From Candidatus Muiribacteriota bacterium (lineage in GTDB: Bacteria > Muiribacteriota > Muiribacteriia > Muiribacteriales > Muiribacteriaceae), in the NCBI GenBank assembly GCA_051747805.1, contig JBNJGP010000031.1, positions 1-31,128 on the forward strand: a stretch of 31,128 bases of DNA. Direction: 5' to 3'. Made by a program: the position numbers and the translations under genes. Shown here one piece after another: positions 27,686 through 31,128 of the stretch (its first letter is position 1; each line of letters begins with the position of its first letter). The notes under the pieces were generated by a model. The model saw nothing but the letters and a program-made list of their open reading frames with translations, searched no databases and was not told the DNA's origin.

Positions 27686-29442
27686 CTATCCGATAAAAAA
27701 AATTCAAGTATTAAAAGAAAAATTAATAAAAATCCAAAAAAAGACCGTAAATTAAACTCTCCTTTTATTTTTCTTTGTTGAGATATATTTATAATCTCCT
27801 CATTTTTTTCAATTCTGCTTATATCACTTCCCGTAGAGGGCAGATTAAATACTATCAATTTATCTTCAACTGTGTAAAATCCTGGTTCTTTTAACACTTT
27901 GTCAGTTCTTCTTTCAGAAGGAGCAATTTCCTGGGGGATAAAAGGAGTATCAGTATAAAAAATATCATCCTGTGCCTCCAGATTTCCTTTGAAAAATTCA
28001 TACCAGTAATAAACAAAATAAGGAGAAAAAATAAAATCAGTTGTTTCAGGACCAAGTACAAAGTTGAAAAAATGAAGGTTTGAATTTTCAATACTGCTTT
28101 TAGCATAGGCTGGAATTCTATCATCAAAAAAAATAATTTCATCTGCAGAAGCAAAATCATCAAGCAGGTAATTCCCGGAAAAGTTAAACATTGATAAAAT
28201 TTCTTCTCCTCTCGCCTTCCTTATTCCGCCCGTATAATCATAAAGTTTCACAGGCGAAAGTCCGTGCTTGTAAAGATAATTATTAAATGAAGAAATATTT
28301 GAAGGGAAAAGTATAATATCAATGCTTTTTTTAATTAATTGTTTGAGTATATCTTTTTCCTGCTCTATAGAACTTAAATCATCAGCAATTACAAAATCCG
28401 CATATTCAATATTAGCATTATCAAGAGAAGAAACTCTGAAAGGACTGATTAAACTATTTGAAGTTAAAGCTCTTCTTAAAAAAGTATTTAACTTCTTACC
28501 CGTATGAAGTATATTAATTTTATCTCTTACATTAAAAGAAAAATAATATTTATTATCTCTTTTAAAATCATCTCCTTCTAGTACAACCTTGTACTTCTGA
28601 ATTCCAGAATTTTTTAAATCTATGTTAAATAAAATTTCTGTTTTGCTGTTTGATTCTACGTTAAATAATTTAGAATTTATTACAGTATTATTTTTTTCTA
28701 TTGAGGCCCGTCCGGATATTGTACTGTGATGTGAATTTGATATTGTTAAGTAAACGGGTTCTTCCTTATTTTTAAAGGCTGTTTCAGAAAATTCTATATC
28801 TGATACCCATATATTTGATACTGGTGTTTTATCAATTTGAAAAAAATTAATTTTTTCGTTCATATCTTCTGTAATATTTGCAAAATTGCTTTCTAGCATA
28901 TCAGATATAAGTAAAATGTTGACCTCATCCGCAAACCTTGAATATGTATATTCCATAGCCTGATTAATACTAAAATTTTTATTCTGAAATTTTAAATCAT
29001 CAAGGTTTGAAAAAATCTCATACTGAAAATTATCTGAATTTCTATATATAAAACTAATTTCGGGATTTATTTCAGCAGGGATAATATTTTTTATATTATT
29101 TTTTATATAATCTTTATATTCATTTTCATTTTTAAAAAATAAATTAAGCGAAAAAGAATCATCTATAATCAGCACAAAATCTTTTTCTCCGGCAATCAGC
29201 ACATTATCTAAAACAGGTTTAGCTACAGCTAAAATAATTAATAAAATTATTAAAGTGCGTAAAATCATCATAAGAAATTCTTTCAAGTTAAAAACTTTCT
29301 TTTTCTTTTTAGACGCAATTTTAATAAATTTGAAGGTTGGGATATAATATTTTTTTACATCGGGTTTTCTAAGAAAGTAAAAAATAAGAGGAACAATTAA
29401 AAAAAAGCCCCATATAAAAAAATCACTAAATAAAAATTTCAT
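27676..29442 (-). CDS. BatA-domain / vWA membrane protein of the MoxR cluster
   Basis: N-terminal BatA pattern (F..PLI..L.....PT.KFI...LR.LII.L..LA.AKP); IIDDSFS; LISD; DD...DN..Y; C-terminal TM ending LEFFL. Confidence 0.78.
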   Translation of the reverse strand: MKFLFSDFFIWGFFLIVPLIFYFLRKPDVKKYYIPTFKFIKIASKKKKKVFNLKEFLMMILRTLIILLIILAVAKPVLDNVLIAGEKDFVLIIDDSFSLNLFFKNENEYKDYIKNNIKNIIPAEINPEISFIYRNSDNFQYEIFSNLDDLKFQNKNFSINQAMEYTYSRFADEVNILLISDMLESNFANITEDMNEKINFFQIDKTPVSNIWVSDIEFSETAFKNKEEPVYLTISNSHHSTISGRASIEKNNTVINSKLFNVESNSKTEILFNIDLKNSGIQKYKVVLEGDDFKRDNKYYFSFNVRDKINILHTGKKLNTFLRRALTSNSLISPFRVSSLDNANIEYADFVIADDLSSIEQEKDILKQLIKKSIDIILFPSNISSFNNYLYKHGLSPVKLYDYTGGIRKARGEEILSMFNFSGNYLLDDFASADEIIFFDDRIPAYAKSSIENSNLHFFNFVLGPETTDFIFSPYFVYYWYEFFKGNLEAQDDIFYTDTPFIPQEIAPSERRTDKVLKEPGFYTVEDKLIVFNLPSTGSDISRIEKNEEIINISQQRKIKGEFNLRSFFGFLLIFLLILEFFLSDRWL

Positions 29443-29445
29443 TAA

Positions 29446-30312
29446 TTAACCTTTAAACACCTGTCCGATAGTTTTTAATATATCATCTTCAGTACAAATC
29501 ATGCTATAATTTATAGAATTTTCTCTGCATAATTTTTTAATATTCTCATTGTTTCTCTTAAACTCCCTGATATATGTCTCTTTAATTTTATAGGGGTCTT
29601 CCTGAATTTTTTCTCCGGTTTCAGAGTCAATAAAAACCATTTCTTTTGAAAAAGGAAACTCAATTTCAGCTTTATCAAAAATCTGAAATACAATAATTTC
29701 ATTTTTTTTCTTTTTAAAGTAGTTAATTGTTTTAATCAAATTTTCTTTTTTTTCAAGAAAATCTGATATTATTATAATCAGCCCTCTTTTTTTTACCATA
29801 TATGAAAAATAAGAAAAAGTTTTATCCATATCTGTAGTGCCGCCAGGTTCGATTTTATCAAGCATATTCATAATTCTTGCAAACTGCCCGTATTTGAGAG
29901 AAACTGGAATAATATTTTTAATTGAGTCTGAAAAATCAGCAATCCCGACAGAATCCTGTTGATTCAAAAAAATATAACTTAAAGCTGATGCCATTATTTT
30001 ACCATAAAAAAGTTTAGTTATTTTATCGCTTCCATAAAACATTGATTTTGAACTGTCTAGAAGAATCCAGACACGCATATTTGTTTCTTCTTCAAATTTT
30101 TTAACATAAAGCTTGTCTGTTTTTCCCCATAATTTCCAGTCAATATTTTTTAATTCATCACCAAAAGTATAGGGCCTGTATTCAGAAAATTCTATATTAA
30201 CTCCGGAATAAGGGCTTTTATGCTGTCCGTATAAAAAACCCTCAACAACGGTTTTTGCAACGAAATTCAAGTTTTTTAAAGAGGACAGTTCTTTTAAATT
30301 CAAAAATTTCAT
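29446..30312 (-). CDS. DUF58 domain protein (MoxR-associated)
   Basis: VEGFL.G.HKSPY.G..IEFSEYRPY..GD....IDWK..KTDKLYVK.FEEET; LDSSKSM; IISDF. Confidence 0.92.
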   Translation of the reverse strand: MKFLNLKELSSLKNLNFVAKTVVEGFLYGQHKSPYSGVNIEFSEYRPYTFGDELKNIDWKLWGKTDKLYVKKFEEETNMRVWILLDSSKSMFYGSDKITKLFYGKIMASALSYIFLNQQDSVGIADFSDSIKNIIPVSLKYGQFARIMNMLDKIEPGGTTDMDKTFSYFSYMVKKRGLIIIISDFLEKKENLIKTINYFKKKKNEIIVFQIFDKAEIEFPFSKEMVFIDSETGEKIQEDPYKIKETYIREFKRNNENIKKLCRENSINYSMICTEDDILKTIGQVFKG

Positions 30313-31128
30313 AAACTGTCCATAAGCTCCGAAATAACAGTATCTTTTGTAACTCCTTCAGCTTCTGCATTAAAGTTTGTAATAATTCTGTGCTTTAAAA
30401 CAGGTTTTACCATACTCATAATATCCTCTCTGGTTACCCCGAATCTACCGGAAATAATAGCATTGGCCTTGGCAGCTAAAATAAGAAATTGAGACGCACG
30501 TGGTCCAGCACCATAAGAAAGCCACTGTTTTGCCACACTGTTTCCGGATTCTGGCCTCGTCGCCCTTATAACATCTACAGCAGTTTCGATATACTCATCA
30601 CTAACTGGAACCTGCTTTATAATTTTTTGAATTTCCAGTATATTTTCGCGACTTAAAACTTTATTAAGTTTATACTCATAAGCCGATGTCGAATTTTTAA
30701 CAACTGATAATTCTTCAGAACGTTCAGGATAACTAATATCAACCTGAAAAATAAACCTGTCAAGCTGTGCCTCAGGCAGAGGATAGGTACCTTCCTGCTC
30801 AATTGGATTCTGAGTTGCAAGAACAAGAAAAGGTTCTTCTAATTTATAATTATTTCCATTTACAGTTACCGTATGCTCCTGCATTGCCTGCAACAATGCC
30901 GCCTGTGTTTTCGGAGGAGTACGATTAATTTCATCACCTAATACAATATTGGAAAAAACAGGACCCTTAATAAATTTATACTGTCTGGATTTATCAGGTT
31001 TTTCTTCAATAATATCACTACCGGTTATATCTGAAGGCATAAGGTCGGGTGTAAACTGTATGCGTTTAAAATTCAACCCCAGACATTCAGCCATAGTTGA
31101 AACCATTAAAGTTTTTGCAAGCCCGGGC
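30309..31128 (-). CDS. moxR: MoxR-family AAA+ ATPase (5' end outside window)
   Basis: Frame stays open to the window edge and includes Walker A ..PGLAKT; RIQFTPDLMPSDITG, DEINRTPPKTQAALL.AMQE, ATQNPIEQEGTYPLPEAQLDRF, GAGPRA. Confidence 0.95.
   Translation of the reverse strand, partial: PGLAKTLMVSTMAECLGLNFKRIQFTPDLMPSDITGSDIIEEKPDKSRQYKFIKGPVFSNIVLGDEINRTPPKTQAALLQAMQEHTVTVNGNNYKLEEPFLVLATQNPIEQEGTYPLPEAQLDRFIFQVDISYPERSEELSVVKNSTSAYEYKLNKVLSRENILEIQKIIKQVPVSDEYIETAVDVIRATRPESGNSVAKQWLSYGAGPRASQFLILAAKANAIISGRFGVTREDIMSMVKPVLKHRIITNFNAEAEGVTKDTVISELMDSL

Noticed and set aside
3203..28507. Numerous 60-120 aa ORFs antisense to, or nested out of frame in, the long genes (e.g. 3203-3529, 12036-12299, 18192-18548, 20605-20973, 23258-23578, 27891-28163)
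   Set aside because: They overlap well-supported genes, mostly show the F/L/S/I-rich composition typical of shadow frames in AT-rich DNA, and have no recognisable motifs.
25898..31128. MoxR-DUF58-BatA/vWA cluster as a novel system
   Set aside because: This is a well-known, widespread gene arrangement; nothing atypical was seen.

Overview
AT-rich bacterial chromosomal window, almost all on the minus strand, with no rRNA, tRNA, CRISPR array or transposase visible. Right to left it holds: a MoxR (truncated by the window edge)-DUF58-BatA/vWA-vWA cluster; a nusA-infB-rbfA-nrnA-[GAF-PP2C phosphatase]-truB-ribF operon (no rimP or ylxR) ending in an alkaline-phosphatase homologue; an exported PLD-family enzyme, a TolB-like lipoprotein and two STAS anti-anti-sigma proteins; then a tight six-gene operon behind a consensus sigma70 promoter (allantoinase/dihydroorotase-like protein, nucleoside deaminase, adenine deaminase, HDOD protein, GAF-PP2C-RsbW fusion, HD-GYP-REC protein). 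Two plus-strand genes (MEMO1/AmmeMemoRadiSam B and a TPR protein) converge on it. The most striking feature is a ~274-bp non-coding element (16321-16594) with perfect 14-bp terminal inverted repeats. It encloses two mirror-image arrays of seven different perfect mini-hairpins separated by a constant AGTAAA/TTWACT linker, which could fold into stacked four-way junctions. Two full-length enzyme homologues (the amidohydrolase and the alkaline phosphatase) have lost all or most metal ligands and look like retained pseudoenzymes. All calls come from motif reading by eye; no database searches were run.
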